A stretch of DNA of 64,000 bases from Selaginella moellendorffii (lineage: Eukaryota; Plantae; Lycopodiophyta): positions 6,080,771 to 6,144,770 of the forward strand of contig NW_003314262.1 in the NCBI RefSeq assembly GCF_000143415.4, read 5' to 3'. Positions 34,201-45,941 of the stretch are shown here, one piece after another; position 1 is the stretch's first letter, and every line of letters begins with the position of its first letter. The translations under genes and the position numbers were made by a program. The notes under the pieces were generated by a model that ran no database searches, was not told the DNA's origin, and saw nothing but the letters and a program-made list of their open reading frames with translations.

Positions 34201-36280
34201 ATCTTGATCTCCTTAGGTGACCAATGACGAACAGGAACCTTGATTGGACGAGCATCCCCGGTTGGAATCGGATGACGTGTGGCAATCTTGGCCCCAGACG
34301 ATAAGTCAAATTCAAAGAGATCAGAATACTCCTTTATGAGCCGGTCAACTGCTGCAACACAAAGATCGTCGGAGAGATCGGAAAAGGGAAAAGCAGAACA
34401 AGATGGAAACACAAAAGGAAAGAGTGGGAAAACAAAAGTAATAGAAGCAGAGGTAGAAGTAGAGGGACGAAGAGGTATGGAAGTGAAAGGAATGGATGAA
34501 ACATAAGGAAGTATGAGACAAGGGGGAGAAGCCTCAAAGTCACACTTGGCATGATTGCGTTGCAACCAATCCATACCAAGAATGAGGTCAAAAGCTTGAC
34601 TCGGCACTACCCGCAACGACTGCAACTCAAGCTCGAGATCGCCCACATGCACAACCAGGTCCACCTCATCCTATGCACATGCATGTGTACGGCCCTTGCC
34701 ATAAAGAATGAAAACTGGTTCCGCCGCACGACGCAAATGTAAACGACAACGTGTGGCAACAGGTCGAGCAATAGAAGATAAACTCAAACCTGTATCAACC
34801 AACACGGAGAGAATAATAGGAGACCTCTTGTTATAAAAACGAGCTTGGAAAGTAAACACTGGATGAACCGGTGCCGAGTGAACCCCTTGATGATACTCCC
34901 AAAAGAAAGATGGAGGGGTCACTAACTTATTCACGCAAGGTCCCTCCATTACTTGCGCGACTCCTCGTTTCCCGGATGCATCTCGGTGTCCAGACCTTCC
35001 ACTGCAGCAGCACCCACGGGACGTTGCTGACGCCAAGGTCTCCACCCAGGAAATGGAGGTCGCCAATCCGGAAAACGACGGCAATGCCGATAAGTATGAC
35101 CAACTTCATCACACGCCCAACAGCGAACATCACGGCCACGACCACGTCCTCGTGATTGTCCTTGGACTTGAGCAGAAGCAGCATCAACCTCCATTGGAAC
35201 AAGACCATCACCCATATGATGACGTGCAGAAGGAAGTGGAAGAGGCAATGTCTCATAACGTTGTGCCAAGCGAAGAGCATCATCAAGGGTGGTAGGAGCA
35301 AGTGCATGCACAAGTCCGACAAAATCTTGACGAAGTGCTGGCCACAACATTCCTAGCTTGATCCGCTCCGACATATTTGGCTCCGCACGAAGCAAAAGAC
35401 TTCGGAAACGAACGCCAAATTGCATCACCGACTCAGATGGCCCTTGGTGAAGACGATGCAATTGTTGGAAAGCATCATCACAATCATCGGCATGTCCGAA
35501 GGCGCGTTTGAAGACGTCCGGGAGAACACTCCAATCCCCACGAGTGGCTGCGCTCAAACCATTGTACCACTGCAATGCCGTCCCTTGAAGACACGTGGGA
35601 AACTCACGCAACCGTCGAGCATCATCTCAAGAATGATATGTGGCAATCACCGTGAAGTGATTAAACCAATGGTACACATCATCCCCAGGATTCCCATGAA
35701 AGAACTCCGACCGAACGCGAGGATTGGCACCAAGAGCAGGAGGAGTTGGACCACGTGCCGTGAATGTCGCCATCAATTGAGTTTGGTTGTTCAATTGCAA
35801 GCACATAGCATCAAGCAAGTGGACCAATTGCTGCTCGAGAGTCAAAGGAGGAGATTGCTGATTTGTCATGGAGACGAATGAAAAAGAAAGAGCAAAAGAA
35901 GAGAAATGACAAAAAGCTATAAGGAAATGGTAGATCTAGACAATGCAAAAAGCTAGATCTAAACCAAAATCCTAAAAGGAAAGAACAAAAAGAAGGAAAT
36001 AGAAAAAGCTAAATCTAGATAATGCAAAAGCTAGATCTAAACCAAAATCCCAAATCCAAGCACTCCTCAAAGACAATCAAAAATGCCCTTGAACTCCACC
36101 AATGTGAGTGCTTGGAATATGGAAGAAAGGGAATACAGAAATGTGCATATTAATTAGCCTAAAAACCCTAGTTTATATACAGGAGTGAGTGGTCCAGATT
36201 GAAACCAATCTGACGGTTACCAAAATCCCAGTACGCTAATATTAGTATACGACATCATAACCGTACACTTGGCCCTCACA
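31275..36280 (-). mobile_element. Ty3/gypsy LTR retrotransposon, full structure but defective
   Basis: 178-bp TG..CA LTRs at 31275-31452 and 36103-36280 (13 mismatches by manual count); ATTT on both flanks; PBS TGGTGGAG; PPT GAGGGGAGGGGATGA; gag with CWACDEVGHTYRHC, protease, RT (FIDDVLI), RNaseH (DASDIGLGG), integrase (HPQSDGLVER); in-frame stops and frameshifts. Confidence 0.95.
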
Positions 36281-36289
36281 ATTTATAAT

Positions 36290-36790
36290 TTGTAAATCAA
36301 AATTAATATTATTGCTATTAGATGGTAGAATAAATAATTTGCTATGCGTCACTTGGTTTGCTTAATAGTAGTGTTATTTCTATTTATTAATCTAGTTGAT
36401 CAAATAGAAGTTTATAATTATAGACATGTTTATAATTTATAAACATAAAATTAATCTTATTCCATTAGATGGTAGAATAAATTAGAATATACTAGGAAGT
36501 GTTTTAAATTTTTATAAATTATAAACATATTTATAAATTATAAATATAGGATTAATCTAAATGAATAACAACCATTAGATGGTAGAATATCCACAAGCAT
36601 ATTTTAGGTATATTCACTACCACCCCACTCCCTATAGAATTGCTTAAAAAAACCCAAAAGATTATACTAGAAAGTGTTTAGGAATAAAGACAAGATTAAT
36701 CTAAATGAATAACAACCGTTAGATGGTAGAATATCCTAGAATATTTAAATATATTCTAGGCATATCCACTACCATCCCTAGAGAATAATA
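36290..36790. repeat. AT-rich repeat with internal TTAGATGGTAGAATA subunits (same family as 8450-8830)
   Basis: Motif recurs at ~36318, 36466, 36576, 36719. Confidence 0.7.
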
Positions 36791-37619
36791 TATTCCAACT
36801 TCTAAATTATTGAGCCTCTCAATCACACACTCTCTTTTATTTCTCTTTCTTTGCAAAATTCTCACTCTATCTAGAAAGGAATTCAAATTAGAATTTTTCT
36901 CAATCATAGAATATAGCTTCTAGTCAAGTTCTTGCATTTCCTTTTTCCATAATTATTCTGTTTCATCTTTGGTTTGGGGATTGTTATGATGTTTTCTAAA
37001 GTCTTAAGTATAACAAATTCAAAGATAAATATCCTAAGATTTTTAATTGATTGGAAAAAGGGTGCATTATTGTTTATGACCCTTTCTTTTTATAATTAAA
37101 CCTTTATAAATAATCTTTTGAATCATTCTCTTTAATTTTGAGTAAAACCATTAACAAATATGTGGAATAGTGTTATTCCAATATGAGAGCTGCTAACAAG
37201 GTTTTCCAGAATTTAGCAATTATCAACCACATTCTCATGGAGAACTTAAGTCAATTTAATAGTTGCCAATGCCCAAAGTGGGCAAGCCACAACTCATTAA
37301 GAGGTGGTCAGTATAGCTACATTGTGGGCAAAAGCTAGTCTTCCTCCATGTCTAGTCCCTACCCATGCAAAAAGCTATTGCTTGGCATACAACTTGGAAA
37401 ATATTCTATTCACCATAATATATTTGTAATTGGTTGGCAGCTAAGGATCACCAACTTTATAGAGCATCACAACATGGTTGAGTGTTAGGTGTTAGCTTTG
37501 ACCACGTGGTCAGCATCAGTCAAAAGGAGCTTTTGAGGTAGTTCGGGGGTAGGTACTTTAAGAGAAGGTGTAGCATAGTTTAGGAAGACTAAATCTTTAT
37601 CTTTTTTATGCCGGATCAT

Positions 37620-39250
37620 AACATTAGTATCAAAGAGGTTGGTTGTGATGGCCAACCAAACTAAACATTAGAATTTTACTACCGATGATGGTGCGGATGG
37701 AACTGTAGAGGTTTGGACCATTCAAGATGTTGTTCATGAACTACAAACCCTTAATCAAAATTAGTAAAAGATGCAAAATGAGATGCATGACATAATGGAT
37801 ACCATGCATGAGTGTGTTAAGGCACTTGAGGCTAAACGTGGTGGTGTTCCAAGTAAGCTTTCCTTGGTAAATTGACTCAATATTCCAATCTTTTCTGGTG
37901 ATGGTGGTGTGGACGAGTGGTTTGTTTGGCTAGCCAATATGAAAAAGTTTTTAACTGCTAGAGGAACTCAAGATGTAAAGGCTTTAGTGGCTATTCTAGT
38001 GGTTTTGCATGATGTGGGTCTTTGGAGGTGGAATTGATTTGAGGAGTCTTGTGTTGTGAATAAGAAACCACTAGTGTTTACCATGGATGAGTTTGAGGTT
38101 GCTTTTTGTTTATATTTTACCCCTCACTATGATGTGGAGAATGCTTATACAAAATTTTAACATTTTCAGCAAAGGAAAAAGATGCTTGGGGATTATATTG
38201 AGAAGCTTACTCTCTTGATTACAAGTGTTCTAGCGAATTATCCAAATCAAAATAAGTCCTACTTCATTGATGGCCTTCATAGTGAGAGCATACGGTAACA
38301 CTTGCGTCATTCTTAACTTACAAAGAGTTTGGAGGAACTCTTTGATATGGCTCGTCAGCTTAACAATGACAAGCATAAATCTTGCAAGCATTTAAGGAGT
38401 CCTTTTGTCGAGAATCGTCACGATGATCACCGTGGACACAAAGATGGGAACAAACACCACAAATTAAAGTTTGTGGTGGCTACTTTAGATGCAAAGGGGT
38501 CAAAGAAGTAGAAGTTCTTTGTAAAGAATTATAAATAGGGTTGTCATTATTGTGGCAAATTTGAACATTACAAAGTTGATTGTCCACAATTGAAGAACAA
38601 AAAGGCAAACAAAAAGGCCAATCTTCTACTGATGGTAAGTTAGAAACTAAGAAGTTGCAAACTTTGCAATGTGAAAATAACAAGGATGACCATTTTGGTC
38701 AAAGGAAAAGGCTTTCGATCATTGTTCATTAACTCAACTGTGTGTGGAATAAGATGGAACTTGAGAAGCAACTTTAATGCTAGAGGGCATATTCTATGGC
38801 GGTCTAATGTGGATTTTATTGGATAATGGGAGCGATGACAATTTTATTTTTGCAAAGTTTATTGCGAAGCATAGTCTAGTGACACAAGGAGTTTTTCCAT
38901 ATATGGTGGAAGGTGCAATTACCTTTGCTCAACATTTCGATATTTGTGTAGAGGGGCTGGAAGTGACGGTTGGCAAAACCACACTTGTGGAGATTTTTTA
39001 TTTCGCAAATATCCATTATATGGATTTCATTTTTGGGATGCCATAGTTAGTGAAAGTGGATCCGGAGATAAAGTGGAGTATTAAGCATGTCTCGTTAAAG
39101 TATAGTGGTGTTAAAGATGTATGGTTTGGAGAGAGAATTTAACTTTCTGTTGTTATGCTCTCCATTACATTTTTGAAGCAAACTTGTTGTAATAAAAAAG
39201 CACTTTCAAGTTATTTATTGTTTGTTCGTAACAAAGTATATATGGGAGAG
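37620..39250 (+). mobile_element. Highly decayed gypsy gag-protease remnant
   Basis: PBS-like TAGTATCAAAG at ~37625; zinc knuckle CHYCGK..HYKVDC at ~38540; protease ILLDNGSDDNF..DFIFGMP; many stops. Confidence 0.7.
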
Positions 39251-39444
39251 AAGTAGTAGTATAGGATGTACTCGACGAATTTACAAGTGGATTTTTTAGA
39301 AATTATGCATATATAATAGTTGAAATGCTTCATACAAAGGGATTAAAAACAATTGAGACCACCTACAAATCCACTAATGCCTCCTTTTGATGTTCTTCCA
39401 GATCGAATCCTAGTTTGTTCACAAGAAAATTTTAATTGTTTTCC

Positions 39445-39584
39445 ATAATACTAATGTAATAGGATTTTGGTAACCATTAAATTGGTTTTAATTTGAACCA
39501 TTTGCTTCTGTATATAAATTAAAATTTTTAAGCTAAGTAATACACACATTTCTATATTCTATTTCCATATTCCATGCACTCACA
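39445..39584 (+). mobile_element. Degenerate LTR copy of the 31275-36280 gypsy family in the opposite orientation
   Basis: Reverse complement begins TGTGAGTGCATGGAATATGGAAATAGAATATAGAAATGTG, matching the LTR end. Confidence 0.7.
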
Positions 39585-39795
39585 ATATGTTATTAAATAT
39601 TTTAATTATTTAATTTTTTTATGTTGTAATTTAGTTTTATCTGGTTGTAATTCATCCATTCCCTTTCGGTATGGGTGTCTTGTGAAGACAGGTATATGTT
39701 AAACAGTTCAAAGCTGGAAGTTCAAAGCTAAAGAAATTACCAGATGCCTTTTATGATTCATAAGCTCAAATCCTATTCTATTTAAGAAGCTTGCT

Positions 39796-42700
39796 CTAAA
39801 CTTCCATCATTTGCACCAACCTCGGCAAACTTTGCCTGGCATTTTCCAGAAGCTTGACAACTTGCGCCATTGCAGGTCTCTCGGCCGGCGATGGCTTTGT
39901 GCAGCACAGCGCGATCTTCACCACACGCATCATCTCCGCATCCACCTGAGGAGAGTGTCCCGCCGTGCTCACGTCCAGAATCTGGTCTCCAGCCTGCCAA
40001 CCTTTCTCGACAATGCAGCGTTCGATCCAATCCGCGATTCTGCCGCCACTTTTGTTCTTGCTGGCTTGCTTCCCAGTGAGGAGCTCTAGAACAGTGATCC
40101 CAAATGCGTAGACGTCCGTCTTCTCGGTCAAGATCTTACTATGGCTCAGTTCTGCAAGTGACGAAACAAACATTTTAGTCCGAGAACGAAAAGAACTCTG
40201 GAAGTTCTTCTTTGTTACCTGGAGCTAAGTAGCAGCAGTGGCCTTCCAAGGTTGCAAATTCCACAAGAAGCTTTGGCCTTGAGCTGACGTCGAGGAACAC
40301 CGAGTGAGGCGAGAGGCTCCCGTGGAGGATCCGCTCCGGCCTGCTGTGAAGAAATGCGAGCCCCCTCGCTGTTCCAAGGCAAATGTCATACCTCTCGTTC
40401 CATCCCAGAGCGCCAGCGTCTGGTTTCTCCCCGGGGAAGAGAACCGAAGCAAGGCTACCTTGCGGCAAATGCTGGAAGAGAACCATAGCCGACTCCTTCC
40501 CCGTGCAAATCCCCAGAACCTTTGCCACATTCTCGTGCCGGAGCCTCGACACCGCTTCCATCCGCCGCATCAGCTCGGAGTCCGAGCCCAGACCACTGCT
40601 CCTGAGAAACTTCTTCACGCTAAAAACGTTGCCACCTTGATCGCTGGCCACGAAGACGTCAGACGATGAAGAACTGGAGCTCGAAACTATCTCTTCGCCG
40701 TTCAATCGCAGCTTGTGGAACAGAACCAGATGCCAAGCCTTGAGATCTTCCTCGAGCTGGGGACGTACGTGACGCCTCCGGCGATTGAGAAAGAGGAGGA
40801 CGAGGTAGGCCAGCGCGGCCGCCACGCACAGGCACAGCCCAACACCAAGGATCCAGCTCAGCGCGTACGTGGCACTCGTTAGCGACCGACAAGTCGGCAA
40901 GCCGAGCTGACGTGTCGTGCTGCATAGCTCGTTTCCCGCCAGGCTGCTCGAGTTGACGATGGCCGAGAGAGCTCCGGAGGAAGGAAACGCTCCAGAGAGC
41001 CTGTTCTCGGAGATGTTGAGGAACTCCAGCGATTGCATCGATGCCAGCGTCGCAGGGATCCCGCCCTCCAAGAGATTTCTCGAGAGATCCAGCGAGCTCA
41101 GCGTGGAGATATGTCCGAGCGAAGCCGGGATGGATCCAGTGAGCATGTTTTCGCTAAGATCGATGGACACAAGCCTGGAGCAATGCCCGATCTGCGATGG
41201 GATCCCGCCGGAGAGATAGTTGCCGCTGAGATCCAGCTCGGTGAGGAGCTGGGCTTCGCCGATCGTGGCCGGGATCTCTCCACGGAACTCGTTGGCGCCG
41301 AGCTGGAGCTCCACCAGCGCTGGAAGCTGGAAGATCGCGGCGGGGATCTCTCCCTCGATCGAGTTCTGCTGGAGCGAGAGGATTTGCAGCGATGGGCAGC
41401 TCCAATTCAGCCCGGCAATGCTCCCGGACAAGCGATTGTTGGACATGTCGAGGAAGTAGAGCTCCTCTAGCAGCGGTAGCGATCCGGGAACGTTCCCAGT
41501 GAGGCGGTTGTTCTGGATCCTCACCCTCTTGAGGCTGGCACAGCGCGCGATACCGTCGGGGATCGGCCCCTCAAACGCATTGTCGAAGAGGATGAGCTTG
41601 AAGAGGCCCCCATTGGCACAGAGCGCCGGAGGGATCAAGCCCGAGAGCGCATTGGTGGACAGGTCCACAGCCGTTAGATTCGAGGCTGTGCCCAGCCGCG
41701 GATCAACAGTCCCGGATAGCCCATTCCTCCACAGCGCTAGGGTGCGCAGCCTGGGCATGGCGGAGAAACTCACCGGCACTGGCCCCGAGAGGTTGTTCTG
41801 GAAGAGATTGACGATCTCCAGCGTTGGAATGTCGGCCAGCGATCCCGGGATGGCGCCGGAGAGCGTGTTGTTGCTGAGATCCAGCGAGATGAGGCGGCGG
41901 AGGCGGCCGAGCGACGCTGGGATCTCGCCCGAGAGGCGATTCGTGTAGAGGAAGAGGTACTCGAGCCTGGAGAGATTGGCGATGGAATCCCCTGGAATCG
42001 GCCCCGAGAGATCGTTGAAGACGAGATCGAGGTGGAGCAGCGAGTCGCGCAGCGATCCAATGCCGCGCGGGATGGATCCATTGAGCTGATTGTAGCCGAG
42101 ATAGATCCATTCCAGGCGCTGGAGCCTGGAGATCTCCTCCGGGATGGAGCCGACGAGGGAATTGCCCGCTAGGGTAAGATAGCGCAGCGAGGAGAGGTTA
42201 AAGAGCTCCGCGGGAATCGAACCCTCGAGGTAGTTCCCGCCAAGATCAAGATGCTCCAGCCGCGGGGAATATCCCACCTCCCGGGGGATCGTTCCCGTGA
42301 GGGAATTTATCCAGAAATCGACGGTCTCCAGCTGTGTGAGGCCCGTAAAGAGGACGGCTGGGATCTTCTCCGAGAGCGCATTGTCACTGAGGTTGAGGTG
42401 CTTGAGCGACGAGCATTGCGCGAGCGATGGCGGGATTGGGCCCGTGAAATTGTTGTGGGCGAGATTGAGGCTCTGGAGCGCGCCCAGCGATCCAATCTCC
42501 GGGGAGATTGTGCCCGAGAGATTGCTGCTGCTGAGGTCGATGGCGATGATCACGCTGGTGCCGGGCGAGTTCGAGGAAGAGTTGCTGCGATCTTGGGCTT
42601 TTCTCCGCGGGTCGCAAGTGATCCCCAGCCAAGAGCACGGCGCCGCGGATGCCTGGGAGGACTCGATCTTCCAGCTCTCGAGCTTGTTGAGCGGGTCGAG

Positions 42701-42829
42701 GATGTAGCTCTTGATCCGGAGCAGCGTATCCACGTCTGGATTCGCCGCCGCGGCCGCCGCGGAGAATTGGACGAGAATCACGAGAGCAATCCCGGCAAGA
42801 ACAATCGCTCTACTCTTTCGAAACTCCAT
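39796..42829 (-). CDS. LRR receptor-like kinase, subfamily XI-like, with degenerate (pseudo)kinase domain; exons 42829-40219, 40151-39796
   Basis: Signal peptide, LRRNT, ~21 LxxNxLSGxIP repeats, TM helix, WHLVLFHKL juxtamembrane motif, intron after YLAP, KTDVYAFG..ERPAM. Confidence 0.9.
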
Positions 42830-45189
42830 CCTTTCCTCGAGAATGCAGGAAAGAAGAACCAACTGTAGAAGAGAAGCTTGTCAATCCATGAGAAAAAAAC
42901 GTTTTTTTTCCCTTTTTTTTCTACGTACTCCTTTTTCTTTGCGATTGTACGAGGAAGAACGAGATCTCGCGCTGCTTCTCCTGGCCAAGACAGAGGAAGA
43001 TACGCTCCCTTCGTAGCGGGCGTATAAAAGAAAAGCTCCAAAGCCCTGGCTCTTTGTAGTTCTTTGCGAAGTTCTCTCTATTTTTGTGGGTGGTCTGTCT
43101 GCGTGGAGCTCGATCCAGGCTGTTGCACGAAGGGCAAGAGAGATGGAGGAAAAAAATGAGGAAAAAAGACCCGAAAAAAGAAGAAATCGATGAGAGCAAC
43201 AGCAAAAGGACGAGCGATTCCAGGACGAGATGTTGGTTCAATTCAAGAGGAAGCAAACGATAACGAAAACGAAAGGAAACTGGGTGTTTTGATGCTGGCT
43301 GGCGCTCTCCAAATTATTTCCGAGATGGAGGAGGAGAATTGACAAATGCCCAACTCGACGCGTTTCCGGGCATTTGTTTTGCGCTGTGCTGTGCTGGGAT
43401 GGATGGGATGGATGCCTCAAAACCTGCAATACAAGAACACAATCGAGAAAGTCCTACACGGGACAAGGCTATAAATCGCGCTTGGATTTGGCAGAGGATC
43501 GAGCAAAAAGCCCGGCAGCGGAGATCGAATCGGATCTCGCGGTTCCCGCTGCCGATGCAGGGAACGAGGACGTGAGATTGCTCAGAGAGCGCAGCGGAGA
43601 AATGGGTTGCAGCAGTTTCCAGCAAATTATCGAGCCCACAAGGAGGAAATCGCTGGATCTTGTGGCTTGCAGCAGATGCCGCAGAGGGGCAAATGCTTTA
43701 TAGCGTTGGACCTTTGTGGGCGTGGTGCTGGTCGGCGTGGCCCACGAAACATGAATGCGTAGGATTTGAAAACACCGATTCCTGTTTGTATGAGCTAAGC
43801 GAAAAAGAGGAAAGCGAGAAAAGGAAAAGCTTTGGACGCAAATGGAATTGATTGCTCACTGCAAGGCTAGCTCGACCGCTTTCACTCTCACTATTGCGCA
43901 GGGACCCCCTTGCTCTGATCATCACAATTTGACCTGCTAGAGCGATGGAGATCAAGAGAGAAGCCAGACAATGGAAGCGATAAAGCAATGATGGGATGAC
44001 TCGATGATACTTCTTCTGCGATGCGCTCACAGAGCTCGAAAAAGAGCCAAGCGAGAGAGAGAGAGTGGAAAAAGCTATGATTTTTTTGAGACACGAAGAT
44101 GCGGTGGAGGGGATGGATTTCTCAAAGGCTGCGCCGCTTGCTGCCGCTACGCAGTCGCACTCGCCGTTGCAGAGATTTTTGGGAAGAAAAGGAAAAAAAT
44201 AAAGAAGAGGAGACCAAAACTATTGCCCGCATTCCGGAGAAATGCTCCGCTCCACTCATCTGGGTGATCCTGTGTGACCAATCATGATGATCCGGTCCAG
44301 TGGAACTTTCGCAGCCCAGAGAACTCGATCGAGAGAAAGAGATCGATCCAAAAACTCCGTTTGAAAGGCACACCACACTTGACAAAACCGATGAGAAACG
44401 ATTCGCAGGAATATTCGCACGTCGGGTGGGCAAATCTGGGCCGCTGGAATTCGAACCAGGCGCGCCGTAGATAACGGTCCCAGCTGTCACGGCGGCGGGG
44501 CCGTACTGACCACACACTTGGGCGATAGGGCTCGCATCCGACGGTGGGCGTTGTCCGGCGGTGGAAAAGAGTCACCTCGGTAAAGAATCTACACTGACAG
44601 TACTGTGGTAAAAACTTCACATCGGTCATGTTATTTCGATGGCGACTAGTGGCGCGTTAAAACAAAATGCGTGCTGATAATGATAATAATGGTCGCCGCT
44701 ACTTGTGGTTTTTTTTTTGGCCTGGCAGGAATCGAGCGTGCGACACCTGGCCGGCGGCTACAGAGCACAGGGTTTGAACATGGGACCGGATTCTAAAGCG
44801 GCGACTTTCCGCCATTTTGACCTCGAGACCAAAAATCTAGAAATGCCGTCAAGCAACGGAAGAAGAGGCAAATTATCTTTTCTTGTCATACATATCGCGA
44901 CGAAAGTCACGGGCATCTAGAAGGTCAATCCAAGAGATCTTTTCTCTTTTGGAGTGGCATGGCGATAAGAACAAACCAACGAACAACGCTCGGAGCGAAA
45001 ATGTATTAAAGTGACCAGTCAACGTAATTGACGAACCCTAGTAAACGAAATTGACTGGACTAAATCCTAGTCAGCGTCGTTGACTAGAACCAAAATCCAC
45101 TCCCTCCTACTTATAGTGAGCTTATTACAGGTGGTGCGAAATAAAAGGACCGAGTCTACATACAAGCTTGGCTTGGATGGATTGATTTT

Positions 45190-45900
45190 TTACAGTCGCC
45201 ACTCTCGGTTTTGGAAGATATCGCTCATCGGAGACATCCATCTCTTGGTGTGATAGACGCTCTCTCCGACCACCCAGCCGGGAACGTTGGCCATGATCCG
45301 GGCTTCCTCTTCCAGCTGCTTCTTACGAGCATTCGCATAGCTGCAAGAACCGAAGCTTGGAATTAGAATCGAAGTATAATTGTAGCTCGGAAAACCTTAC
45401 CTTATGTCCTGCTCGGCGAGAATGTAGGGTGTGATTGCGAAGCGGCAGGCTTTCTTCTCGAGTTTGCAAAGACTGCGTAGCGAGACAGGAATTTGAGATC
45501 AGAACCAGAGAAGAAACGAAAAACTAAAGAGGAGAAAACGAGCTAGATTGCAAAGCTGCGTATTTCAGGTCAAAACCAGAGAAGAAACGAGAAACTAAGA
45601 GGAGAAAATTGCAAAAACTGCACAGCGAGTGATCAAACCCAAGAGGAGAAAAGGAGCTAGAGGAAAGAATGCGGGTAAGAATGCATACCTGCGATATCTG
45701 TTGAATTGCCCGACCTTGTACAGTCCCCAAAACGTCATGAATCCCACCACGGCCATCACGGTGAGGCCGCTGGGGCCTGTGTTAGGGATTCTAGCGCCAT
45801 ACCTCACGGGTGGGAGCTTGTGTGGGAGCCTGTCCTGGAGAACGGGCAGCTCCTTCACGGAGCTCATGCCCTTCTGGCCGCGCACCACCGTCTCCGCCAT
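45190..45900 (-). CDS. NDUFA13: NADH dehydrogenase 1 alpha subcomplex subunit 13 (GRIM-19/B16.6), 3 exons
   Basis: [27 protein letters not shown]..; ..[28 protein letters not shown]. Confidence 0.9.
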
Positions 45901-45941
45901 CGCGCTTGAACCTCGCCAAGAACCCTAAACGAAGAAGAACC

